A stretch of DNA of 64,000 nt, from NCBI GenBank assembly GCA_050084515.1, contig CM114271.1:18104001-18168000 (forward strand). Direction: 5' to 3'. The notes below the pieces were generated by a model. It was not told the origin of the DNA. It saw only the letters and a list, made by a program, of their open reading frames with translations, and ran no database searches. This document shows positions 1 to 11,560 of the stretch, one piece after another. Numbering within the stretch: position 1 is the stretch's first letter; every line of letters begins with the position of its first letter. This DNA is from Blasia pusilla. Lineage: Eukaryota. The position numbers were made by a program, and so were the translations under genes.

Positions 1-176
1 TAAATCCATACCCAACTTTGAGGGAATTATGTCAACACACATGAGAATGATTGCCACTGCAAAGTGTGATATTGTTCAAAACAGTCACTATCAATCCATG
101 ATACTACATGCAATTCTATCGGTATCATCAGACGTGATGGGAGTAAGATCCACCTATGTAGTCAAAGAGAACAAAC

Positions 177-3100
177 CCCAAGAATAATTCAATAAGTCCA
201 GTGCACCCCGCCAAAGATGATGGTATCGCATTTATGCCTGCAGTCCATGCCAAAAGATCAAGACTACTGCACAACCTTAAGGAGAGCAGGCCATGATTGA
301 GGAACACTATTACGGAAACTTCTTCTTGCGAGGTGAAAGACCAACGGTTTCAAAACGTAAGCTTCAGATAGAAAGACGAGGAACACACTTGAGATTCAAA
401 GAACTGAAGGCAAAATACATTGCCTGAGCCTCAAAATATCCAAGTTAGTCCTTCACAGAGATGCTGGTTGAATTGATTCTTCACCTTAATTTCTCGAAAG
501 GATTACGACAGTTAGAATAGACATAGCTTATCCCTTGTCATGCGGTACTAAGTGCAATACAAACATGGCAGGATAGTGGAGGGGATCCAAGATAATGCTC
601 ACGGTTCTGATGAAGATCAAGACGTATCAACTTCGTAAGTCGTCCCAAATCAGAGGGAATCTCACTCAAGATATTCTTTGCTGCAAAACCACACAAATCT
701 TGCACTTGTAATAAAGTCCATCATCACATAACTATCCCACCTCAACTTTCTGAAGTTCTTCATTACTTCCCACACCATCAATTCCGAAGAACTAGACACT
801 CTACAACTTTCTGTCTTCCCAATAAATACAAAAACAAAAAAAAAACATGGAGCAAATGGAGAAGACATACATGCATTTAGCTCAGTGAGATTGACAAATC
901 CGCCAAGCATATTTTCAGGAATTTCAGCTAGCTTGTTACCCTGAAAGCGCCCAAAACAACTGTCAAGCCCAATCAATTCAAAAATATCAAGCACCTCATG
1001 GTGAATTTCTAAGCTGGCCAGATGCAGCTCCAACAAACAGGAAGAGGGCAAGAAATTTAATCCCAGAGAAAGGTTCATAACAAATTTCCTAAAAGAGGTG
1101 ATGAAACACTGGAGATAGTTCTTCTCAAGAACTATCTCCAGTGTCTGGAGATCCAAGCACAATTGTAACTGGTGCCTACTTCATATATCTCCCCAACAGA
1201 GGTCTGGGAAAGCCATGATCAAAAGGAGCACAAAATCCATACGAGCACATTGGGAAAGGATGTGTTCAACACAAAATTTACATGAAATAGACATTACATC
1301 AGATATCTGACCTCCAAATCTAGTACAGTCAGTCGTATACATTGACTCAACTCCTGTGGTAACTCTGTGAGCAAGTTATTTGGAACCTGCAGATATTGAC
1401 CGAACCCAAATTTGTGTAAATGGTAATACAGCCACATGAAATTTGAAGTAGGTGATTTGTAAGCTATTGCTCTCTTTTCAGACAAGTGCCACATGCCCAT
1501 AAAATTTGAAGCCTTATCCTGGCACTAAGATACATGATTGAATGGGAATGTGATGCCTTAAGCTCTGTTAGGTTCTTGCAGTTGCCAATAATCCGAGGCA
1601 AAGATGTCAAGGAGTTGCTGGCACAGTGAAGCCTGCACAAAGCCCCCAATGCTTCCATAAGATCCCAAAGCAAAGAATTGATATTGTACCTGCTGATAAA
1701 CTCTTGAAACTCCTCTAGGCTCAATTTGTCAACCTGTTAAAATTAAGTCGTGGATAACAAACTTGGAAACAATTAATAAGTAGAGCAGACCAATAAGAAG
1801 GGGCAAACCTTGTCAGAGAAGTCACAGCCCCAATTTCGTATGGTAGTTGAGCAATACTATTGTGAGAGATATCCAGAGCTTTCAGCACGCTCAGCCTGGT
1901 TAAGTCCATACAACCAATCAAGCATCACCACATTTTATGTAAACCTCCAAAAAAATCTGCAAGTCTACCCCTTTTTTCAAGCAATGTTTGTCCGGCCTTG
2001 TTCGGCCACTATTGAGTGTCCTGCACAGAGTGCAAGTGTGGCACTCTCCCAGTTACACTTTCATCTTTGATCAGAATGTATTTTCAAGATGCCTTGAAGG
2101 AACTCTCACTGTTAAGGCCCCACAATCTTCCACTTCACGCTTGGCACACCAGAAGCACATATAATGTATCATGGCCAAATGAAATCCTAGTGATCTCGAA
2201 CACTCAAAGAAAAGGTTTGTGGTCACCAACAGTGACTGGGCACACTAAGCAAAATTGACCACACAGGGAGTATGTGAAATTGAGATCGATTAGCACATTC
2301 ATAAATTAGTTCACTGAAAAAGCCTGGAAATGAACAGCGATGACCGATCTACCAAGCTCAAAGACAGTTCCTGCTAGGTCTATGAAATTCTGCTGCCTCC
2401 TATTATCATTCGCTGTACTGAAACATAGAATATGGTTGAGAAAATGCCTTACTGAGCAATAGCTGCAGGGAGAGAAGTCAACTGGTTATGGCTGACATTC
2501 AGAACAGTTAGAGAGATGATTTTCCCCAGATCCTCTGAGAGAACTTTGATATTGTTATGCGCTAAGATCAATTTCTGCAGCTCCACTACCTGCAACAATG
2601 CCAGGGCAACTCTGGGTCAGATTTTCAAATGTGAGTTACGCACCAGCGAGTATAACTCTTGTTAGGAGGATACAAGGAAATCATGACTACAAATCCATAA
2701 GCCTCTATCCGCTTGTCTGGTCAAGTTGTCCTCACCTCCCACCATTTTTCGTCCGCGCCAACCGTTTCCAGCAATTTGTATACGTCTGGAGGCACCTCTC
2801 TGCACATTTGATCATCGATCAGAACTGATACGACTGGACCATCGCAGACCCTCAGTTGAGATTTCAATTACTGTAAGTGTCAACAATACTACCGTTGCCT
2901 TCTACGAGCGCACGCCACTCGTCGGCGAGCGACTGCATCCGACTCCGGTGAATTGGAGAGACTTCCATGTGGCGAACGCAGAGAGGGACTTATGAACGAC
3001 GAGACATAGACACATGGATTGACGACAGCATTTGCCAATGCACTCATAGTGCCGGTCCTTCACAGGAAAACGAAGAAGGTCTGAGTTCTTCGAGGTTCGC

Positions 3101-4390
3101 CACCGGCCTCTTCCATACGTTCTGCCAACAACTTGATCACTGGTGAGATTCTTGAGTGAATCAAATTCATGGTTCGCAGCAACTTGATTCATTAGGTCGG
3201 AGAGGAGCGGCCTTCCACAAGAGATTTGTCCTCACTCGATTGAAAAAATCATCTTGAATGAAGAGACTGTATCGCGTCTTTCTTTACCCCTGCTGTTGCT
3301 CCTCCACTACTAAGGTCACAATGGCTGCACGTCTCACTGACAATTTCGAAGGTATGAATGAACAAAAGATGGTATGGAGCGATAACAGACGAGGTGGCTC
3401 AGCTAGTACATCTACATTGTGGTGGTTGATTTAACAATAAACTCTTGCGATAGCGTCTTCGGTGCACGTACGGGATAAAAGTCTCAGTGACTATCCAACT
3501 GTAAGGACAGATGATGAACAACATTATCTTTTCCACTGCAATTCCACGATCACCTTAGAGCAGAAAATCCTGATCTATACTAAGACACTGCTCTCGAGGT
3601 CTCCGATTTTAAGGCTAGACAGGACCAGGTTCAGATTGATAAGTTCTTGCGTAGGTGTATGAAAGCTAGAGAGCATCACCTGGCACAAATCACCTCTTAG
3701 GCATTCGCTGGTGATGCCTCTTCTTTGCTTGTCCAACTGTTGTACAAGCTGCAAAACTAAGTCCCGTGGTCCTCTGGGGTTTCCGTGGACAATAAATCTT
3801 TTCATTCTCTTTCTCTTACTAAAGTTCCCTGATCTCTTCCAAGGCCCTACCCTCACGATCGCTGGTTTCTTGGCTAACAAAAACCAGATTCAGATTGCTA
3901 AATTATTACGCAGGTCTGTGAAGCTAGAGAAGATCACATGCACTAAGAGGACCTGTGTGGACTTCCTTGTTGCTCTAGAGCTGTCTGGTCTGAGCTTTTG
4001 CATATTTCGCCAATCAGAGTCCCATGGCCCTTTCGGGTCCCCGCGGACTATATTCATTCATGTCTTTGTAAATCAAACTCACACGGCCCAATTGGATTCC
4101 CGTGAACCAAAAAATCACTTCCATCACTCATTTTCTTTAAGCTACAAAAGGTACTCACTTAATGAGTATAGTCTGTGGCTCCACAAACGGTGCTCATAAG
4201 TCAGGCCTTGGAACATGATGAAGTGAGAGGAAGGTTGAAGTGCCAGATGGACATGAAGATAGTAGAAAAAGGTCGTTTCTGTCTACAACAAGAATCCGCG
4301 CGTGCAAATGTTACGAGTAAATTACTTGAGAGATCGATTGGACAGATTGAGTGAACCCGAAGCGCGCGCAGATTTCAGTACTCTCTCCAT
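177..4390 (-). CDS. Leucine-rich-repeat protein (LRRC40 / plant intracellular LRR-like), multi-exon, 3' end runs off the window
   Basis: Spliced exons read [22 protein letters not shown] (4390-4326), [21 protein letters not shown] (2799-2736), [45 protein letters not shown] (2589-2453), [22 protein letters not shown] (~1895-1809), [25 protein letters not shown] (~1632-1557), [25 protein letters not shown] (1386-~1312), [23 protein letters not shown] (~940-872), [25 protein letters not shown] (~682-603), [20 protein letters not shown] (~238-177). LxxLxLxxNxL repeats with GT-AG boundaries except one apparent GC donor. Confidence 0.9.
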
Positions 4391-6215
4391 TGTAGAAGAG
4401 CCGGACCAATCCACCTCAGAATTGCGGTCGTGTAGGCTTTCTGCCTCCTTTTCTTGCTCGCAACGAGCCCGATGTACGAAAGACTCTGCCTTCGCCTCTC
4501 TTTCCCTTCCTAACTCACATCCTGTCTCTGGTCTAAGCTGCACGACTGTCTGTGGTCTTGGCTGCAGAAGCAGGATCTACACGCACGCAAACTATGGATA
4601 GGTTTCTGACTCACATCGTAACACCATCTCTCAGTTTGTTCGTCAGGAACGACGAATTGGTCCCAACAATTCCAAGCTGCAAGGCTTCAAGTACCCTACA
4701 TTGGTGGAACCCGACCACCAGTTCTGTACTACGTAGAAAGCCGAGCTTTTGTCTGTACCTGTAACCACCGTATTCTCTCTCTGCTTTCCGCTCTATTTAG
4801 TGAATGCGAGTCCGCTGACACAGGAGTACTGTAACTCTGCACATCTGCCACTTATCTTTCAGAAGCCGAAGCAGTCAGTCTATTAATACTGCATTCAGCT
4901 GTCCACTTATCGGTACTGTCGGTACTACACTCCGGTGGCGAAGATACTCTGCGGGCCTGAGACGCCCGGCCACGGCTTTTACCCGCGTTAGCAAACTTTG
5001 TCCCACATTTTCCACAACTCCTCGTTTCCTGCGACGATCGTCACCGAGTTCAGAGCATCCGACTTTCAGTGTTCATCTGGCGAGAACGGAACTTCGACGA
5101 CGAATGGCTTAAATGAAAACGTTTCTTGCGCTATTCTGTCTTGTCGAAGCAAGAACCTGCGAACGGAAGTTCTGTAGGAAACAGCTGATGTTGGTTGCTT
5201 AACACCTTGGTTTTGACTCGGGTGCTCCAGAGAGCGAGGGCGGGGATCCCGCGCTGATAAAATGTGCAGTGTTGTTTCTAATGAGCATGCAATCTGTGAA
5301 GACTTCGTTTCAGCCTATGAGTGCGGCTCATCACGAGGAAAAGTAAAATTTACTTCTGTAGACGTGCACGATCGTCATGTTCTTGCGAAGATGAACAAAA
5401 ACCGCGGTAAAGCACCTCAGATCTCTACATGATATCAACTTGACCAACGATGTAGGATCCCGGCAGCATTTCCAGGGTAGATGACAAGATCTACGGCAGA
5501 GCTCTTAATTCCGCCAGATAATGATGGCACTCTCGTGGCGAATCTGCACGCTGCGGAACGGGCAGTCGAGGAGTAGTAAGCAACGACATGAATGATTACA
5601 ACAGATGCTCTTTGAGTAAGCTATGCAGGTGCAAAGCTTCGCCCGTGCCAGAAACAGTAAGTACTTAATCGGCATGTTGGAGGATAGGCCCTGCGTAATC
5701 ATCAGACGGAGCAGTCCTCAAAGCATTTTAGAAGAGGGGAAAATCTTTGCTCGACCAGACTTCGGTGATACTCCCTGCATTATGCTGACAGAATGGAGCA
5801 GGTCTGAGGAGGTCTAGGAGAGGAAAATCTTCGCTTGAGTCGCCTTGGATTGCAGACCAGCGCTAAGATTGTGTCACGGAGCAGATCTAAGAGAAAGTTT
5901 TAAGGAGAGCGAATTATTTACCGCTCCATGCATTCGGTGACACAACGCAAACAATTCGGGACCCTTGTCATTTGAAGTAGCACTGCAATATCTAGAGAAT
6001 CCGGTCATCTCTAAACGCATCGACAAATCAGTACCAGACTAAACCTAAAAACGACCGGGATTCGCCACTTCTCACCATGTCACCAAAGAAGTCAGCTCGG
6101 ACAACACGAACACAATTTGACGCCAAGACGACACTCCCACAAGTCCTTCACGCGTAGATTTGAAGGAAGAAATGAACGCAATGCCGTCCTTCAATTAGAA
6201 AACAGCAATGCAGAC

Positions 6216-8393
6216 CTACGTCACATAATGAATGTGCTGAACTCTATTGGATGGGACTCTATGTGGAAAACTTTCGGGTGAATCTATTTGTCTCCCTCGG
6301 GTTGTCCTGAGATTGTTTAAAAATCGTCGACTAAGCTTGTCGGGGCGGAATCCGGCTCGTGACATTTGCTTAAACACTGCTCTAGCGTCTTCTAAATTGC
6401 CATCTTGAGCGTAAGCATGAATCATAGTATTGTAACAGGCTTCATTCGGTTGAATGCCTTCCGACTGCATCCTGCGGAACAGGCAGGCCGCTTGGCTCGG
6501 AAGGGCTTGGCGGTAAGCATTCATCATAATATTGTATAGTGTGGCATCAGCCTTTAATCCAGACTTTTGCATGTCTGTAAAACTTGAATTCAGCTCCGCC
6601 AGCATTCCTTTCTTTCCGTATGCCTGAATCAAGGAGCTCCATGTCACAACGTTCGGCTTGAATCCGGCCTCCTGCATTCTCCTGAAAGTCTGCCCAGCTT
6701 CATGCGCCATGCCCGCTCTTCCATAGACGTGCACCATGAGGCTGTATGTCATTAAGTCGGGCTTGCAGCCAGCTCTCTGCATCTGGACGAAGCACTCGAC
6801 TGCGTCATCCAACTTTTGAGCTTGGCTGAACATTTGGATGACATTAGTGTACGTCACAGTATCCGCTTTAAAACCTGATGCTCTCAGGGTGTTGAAGATC
6901 TTGACCGCCTCATCGTACTTCCCTGCTCGGGCGTACATGCCGACGAGAGTGTTGAATGTACACAGGTCTGGCAGCTGATTAGCGGATGTCATATCTTGAA
7001 GAATTTTCGCAGCGCCTTCTAAATTGCTGACTTTGCTGAAAAGCATTATGAGTGTATTATACGTGTATCGACCGGCAGATATTCCCGTCTGCTTCATCTT
7101 CGTGTAGAGCTTCTCAGCCATCTGTGTAGGCATGTCAGCCCTCGAGATTCCAGTAAAAAGCGTATTGAAGGTGACTTCATCTGCTTCCAGTCCCTTCTCG
7201 CACAATTCTTCGTATAACTTCCAAGCCCTTTTGAAGAAACCACTTCTCACATACGCACCCATCATCGCATTGTACAGATACACAGATTCCCCGAGGCCCT
7301 TCAGCTGCTCGGCGTCAAACACCTCCCGAGCTTTACTAACCATACCAGCTCGGCCTAACACCCCGAGGACCGCACTATATACATGTCGATTCGGTTTCAG
7401 CCTACCCTTTTGCATTTGCATCCAATGCAGCACTTCCAGCACTAGATCCATCTGCTTCAAATTGCCAAGATCTCTGATCAGATTTGTCAGTTCCACTCTA
7501 GTGATTTTCCCCAACCAGGAATCCAGTACGTCGTCAATTGGAACCCGACCTTCGTGAGCTTCTGAAAGAACAGCCTCCAGTAAAAGCCTCTCCCTATGTC
7601 TAAAATCATTCTCACTCCACGGTGGTTGTGGGGGCATGCGTTTCTGCTTCCGAACACCTGACCAAACCTTTTTGTGCTGTCGAGGTGAATCTGGTACTGG
7701 GACAGAAGTGCAGACTCCAGGGGTATCGTCCGAAGACCCACCATCAGACGACGAGGGTGGACATTTCAAATTGTCATCGTGTCTTTCGACGCCGGGTTCT
7801 GTCACCAAATCGAGCTGCCCTGGCCGCAGCCTCAACTGATGCAAGGAAATCTCCAGCTGATGCACTTGTGGAGACGGCAAGACCAATTGGTCTCTGCTCA
7901 ATTCTACCTGCTTCAGGGAGACGCTTACCTTGCACAAGGGAGCCTCAACCTGCTGCGACGGTAATCCCATGTGACATTTCAATTCAAACCCTGTTCCACT
8001 TCCTCCTTTCCCTCCTGCACCGGGGTTGCAGCGCCAGCATTCCCTCCCTCCACTACCCCAGGACTTCGAAATCGATTGTGGACGACCCACGTCTGGAACT
8101 GGACAAGCCTTGCCCTGAATCAAAACGACACGACACAGTCAGGTCGGCGAATGAGACGCACTTCCTTCTCTAGCACAATGCCCATTCCTTCCCAGAAAAA
8201 TGCTGATCAGAACCAGCACTTCCAACCAAAGGGTCTTTCTTACTCATTCCATCCACAAGCAGGGAAGCGCAAATTTTCAAGAATTCCCATTTCCATGCCT
8301 CGAATTGCCAACAATCCCACTTACGCGATCGGCACTCGTAGACGGCGACGAGCTGGCGGCACACACGGAGCGAGTGGCTATGGACATCGCCAT
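6216..8393 (-). CDS. P-class pentatricopeptide repeat (PPR) protein, probably organelle-targeted; join(8393..8325, 8114..6216), ~655 aa
   Basis: About 10 tandem 35-aa PPR motifs (e.g. YNAMMGAYVRSGFFKRAWKLYEELCEKGLEADEVT, YSLMVHVYGRAGMAHEAGQTFRRMQEAGFKPNVVT). The track ORF starts at TTG. A short Ser/Ala-rich exon MAMSIATRSVCAASSSPSTSADR ends in GTAAGT and splices in frame to the CAG acceptor at 8115. Confidence 0.92.
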
Positions 8394-10750
8394 CGTTTAC
8401 ACACCACCTTCTCCCCTCTCCCTCTCACGCCATTTCCCCTCCTTCCTGCCCCGACACGGAACTCGGACCGTCCTACTCCTCCTCCCCACAACCCCGCACC
8501 AATTCTCCTCCTCGCTGCGTCCTCGATCCCTGCACCCGAACCCGACGAGCTCCCCCGACGACGCCACACGATGTCGGCCGCGCTCTGGAGAGCTCCCAGG
8601 AGCTGCAGACCTCCATGGAACGGATGGCTGCAGGAATGGTCTGTGCGGCAGCAGAGGAGCTAGTCGCTGCGGAACAACCGCAACTCAACAGGAGAAAGAT
8701 GAGCGAAGAGGAGAATCGCTGGATAATGAAGCTGTGGCTCATCGTCACTACATCACCCGCGAACGATGATCGGTTTTCGCCAACCCCTCCCTTCCCTTTC
8801 TTTTCCCTCTTCCTCCCGCAACTCCGTCTCTTTGTCCAACGTACTTACGTTTCGGTCTCCGGCTCCTCAGACGGCCTGACCGACGTCGCTTTACCCCTCG
8901 TTTACCCCTCCTGCGCCCTGCCAATCGGCTGGGAGCATTAGATCAATCGATCGATGCCGTGGAAACTTACTCGGTGGAACCTGAGTACCCGGAACACAGT
9001 TCCTCCTCTGCGCATGAAAACGCATCGCAGCCGCTACAGGCCTCGAAACAAGGGAGTATCGGGAGAGTTTATTCCGATCGGACGGCTGTCTTTGGTAGAG
9101 GAACGTCGTAGTGGCACTGCATGACAACCCGGGCTTGTGCGACATACGCAGTTGGATGATGTACGTCGTAGACGAGAGTCTGGAAAGAGCTGTATTGTAG
9201 TTGACGCCGTTCGAGTTCTTCTTTTGCTCAAATTACGGAAGGAATCTTCGAGGGATCGTGGGGCCTTCCAGCGATCAGAATATCGACGGCTGAAGCTCTG
9301 CCAAATCGATTTTCTCAACCAGATGGAAATATCGATGGCTCATAATTTGCCAAATCAACTCCTCCACCGGCTGAGAATAATTACCGCTTGATTCTCTGAC
9401 AAATCCAAGTCTGGTAACTTCAGTTTTCATCTGGGAATGGTAAAAGTACTCCACGTACTGGCCCTCATGCCACATGCTGCGCTCGCATTGGACTGAGGAC
9501 GTCACAGAGTCTAAAAGCAGAAGTTTCAACTCGGTCGCCCCCTCTCCCTTTCTATTTAGAAGCGGATCTAAATCGCCTCCAAATCACCTACTCCCCCAAA
9601 CTACACATTTTCCGGGATACCTTCAATGAAGCAAACTAATGAAAACAACTATTCCGGGACTCTCGGACGTCAGTTAAGAAACGGACTCTATTACTTGTTG
9701 AAAGTTGGCTATTACTTGTTGAACGTTGAAAAGAAGTAATAGTGTTTGCAATGAAGTGGAAGTTAGTAGGATACATAAATTTAATATAAAAAAGTTTTTT
9801 AACGAAATTTTAAAAAAGGTAAATTTAATTTTAAATAAATTTTGAATTATATTCTTGGTTTAGAAGGGAAATAATTCAAATGATTGAAAGTGCCATGTGC
9901 CAAGAGGAGAGGAGTTTGCAAAATTAAAGGCACTCTCCAATAATAATATAGATGTTTCTCACAAAATTCTTTCTAAATTCTTGAGTGTAATTTTAAATCA
10001 ATTTTGAGCGATCCCATTGGTTTTAAAGGGGAAATTATGTTGGTTGAAAGTCTCATGTATCAAGAAGAGAGGAGTTTGAAAAATGAAGAATCACTCTCCA
10101 ATAATAATATAGATGATACTCTTCATCCATCAACTGGTGTAGCTACTAGCACGGAAGCATTAATGGAACATGCCACGATATTAGTCATAGTAAGCACGAC
10201 AAAATATGGGAGAAGAGTAGTTCATACTAGAGTGGAAATGTTATGGTACAAGAAAAAAAAACATGTCATGCTTTGCTGAGAATGATCAAGATTAGGAGGT
10301 GGAGTGAAAAAAAGAAAGCGGCGATGGAGGTCAAGATAAGAATTCTTCCGACGACTACGAGGATTAGAGTTATGTCGTGCAATGTAGCAACCACCCTCAC
10401 TTGCATTGAGGGTGGTTTCTAGGCTCTTAGCCCATGGCTTCAAAGGTAAGTTGGTTTAGAATAAATTTCCTACTATGTCTCACCATCAATAGCAATCAAC
10501 TAGCCTACTTGAGTGCCCTATAATATGAGTAGCTTTTATTTGCACAATGTAAATACTATCTTACTTGCAAGAATGAAACATCAATCATTTGTACTCTTAG
10601 ATATTAACGTAATTTGATTTTCCTCAATGATGTGGTGTGGTTACGAGTAATACGGTGGAGCAATAACGACGTGTTACTGCTACAATTGTAATGGCATATC
10701 AGCTAATATTGTGATGTGGCTCTATGATCAAGATAATACGATGGGGCTTT

Positions 10751-11159
10751 TGTGAGAAAACATAAAGTGACGAAATCACTGAAATCTTTACAAAACTTAG
10801 AGATACAAAGTGGCCTAGTCCGTCCGTACGCTCACACAAGAGTTTCGATGGAACCTGAACATGGAGATAATTCGACATACGAGAATGCGCTACTGCTGCG
10901 GCTCCCGACTATTTCACTACTCGAGAAACTAGGGTTTTTACCTATTTTTCTTCGTTTCTATTAATAGAAAAAATTTCCCGCACCCTGATGCAATATAGGG
11001 TTAGAAAATCCTAGTAACGCTATTCCATAAACCACCTACGTCATATTACTATGACTCCTCCGACGTCTAAGTCGAAACCATCAATCTAGGCTTCTCCTCA
11101 TACAAAGGGGGCCGATCAGATTAATTGTGCTTAGAGAAGTGGATGTTGAGAATCCAACA
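10751..11159 (-). repeat. Copia 3' LTR
   Basis: Near-identical to 18629-19041; TGTGAG...CCAACA termini. Confidence 0.93.
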
Positions 11160-11184
11160 TCCTCAATATCCACTCTCATGTAGA

Positions 11185-11560
11185 TTATTGTCTTGGACCT
11201 ATGCCAAAACCCTTCAAATGTCGGTGAAGTTGATCTCCGCTCAAAGCTTTCGTGAAGATGTCTACACGGTTATCCTCTGTTGGACAATAAACTAACTTCA
11301 AAACCTCTCTCTCGATCAATTCACGAACAAAATGATACATGATCTCTATGTGCTTCGTACGAGCATGAAACACAGGATTATGTGCTATGGCAATGCAACT
11401 CTTATTCTCACACCACATTACAGTAGCACTTTCTGGTGCTTCTCCTATGTCCTCCTATATCCATCTCAACCATACTGCTTCACAAGAAGCAAAACAAGCC
11501 GCCTTGTACTGTGCCTTGGTAGAAGAAAGAGCCTCTGTAGGTTGCTTCTTGTTGACCCAT
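11185..11560 (-). pseudogene. Copia RNase H remnant
   Basis: WVNKKQPTEALSSTKAQYKAA...AVWLR...IAHNPVFHARTKHIEIMYHFVRE...DIFTKAL is the typical copia RNase H; one internal stop. Confidence 0.9.

Noticed and set aside
7132-8941. Several plus-strand ORFs of 100-230 aa
   Set aside because: Antisense shadows of the GC-rich PPR gene and its leader; no recognisable motifs
9689-10115. Short direct duplications (CTATTACTTGTTGAA x2; ~55-bp unit at ~9901 and ~10061)
   Set aside because: Local duplications at the TE-island edge with no supportable function
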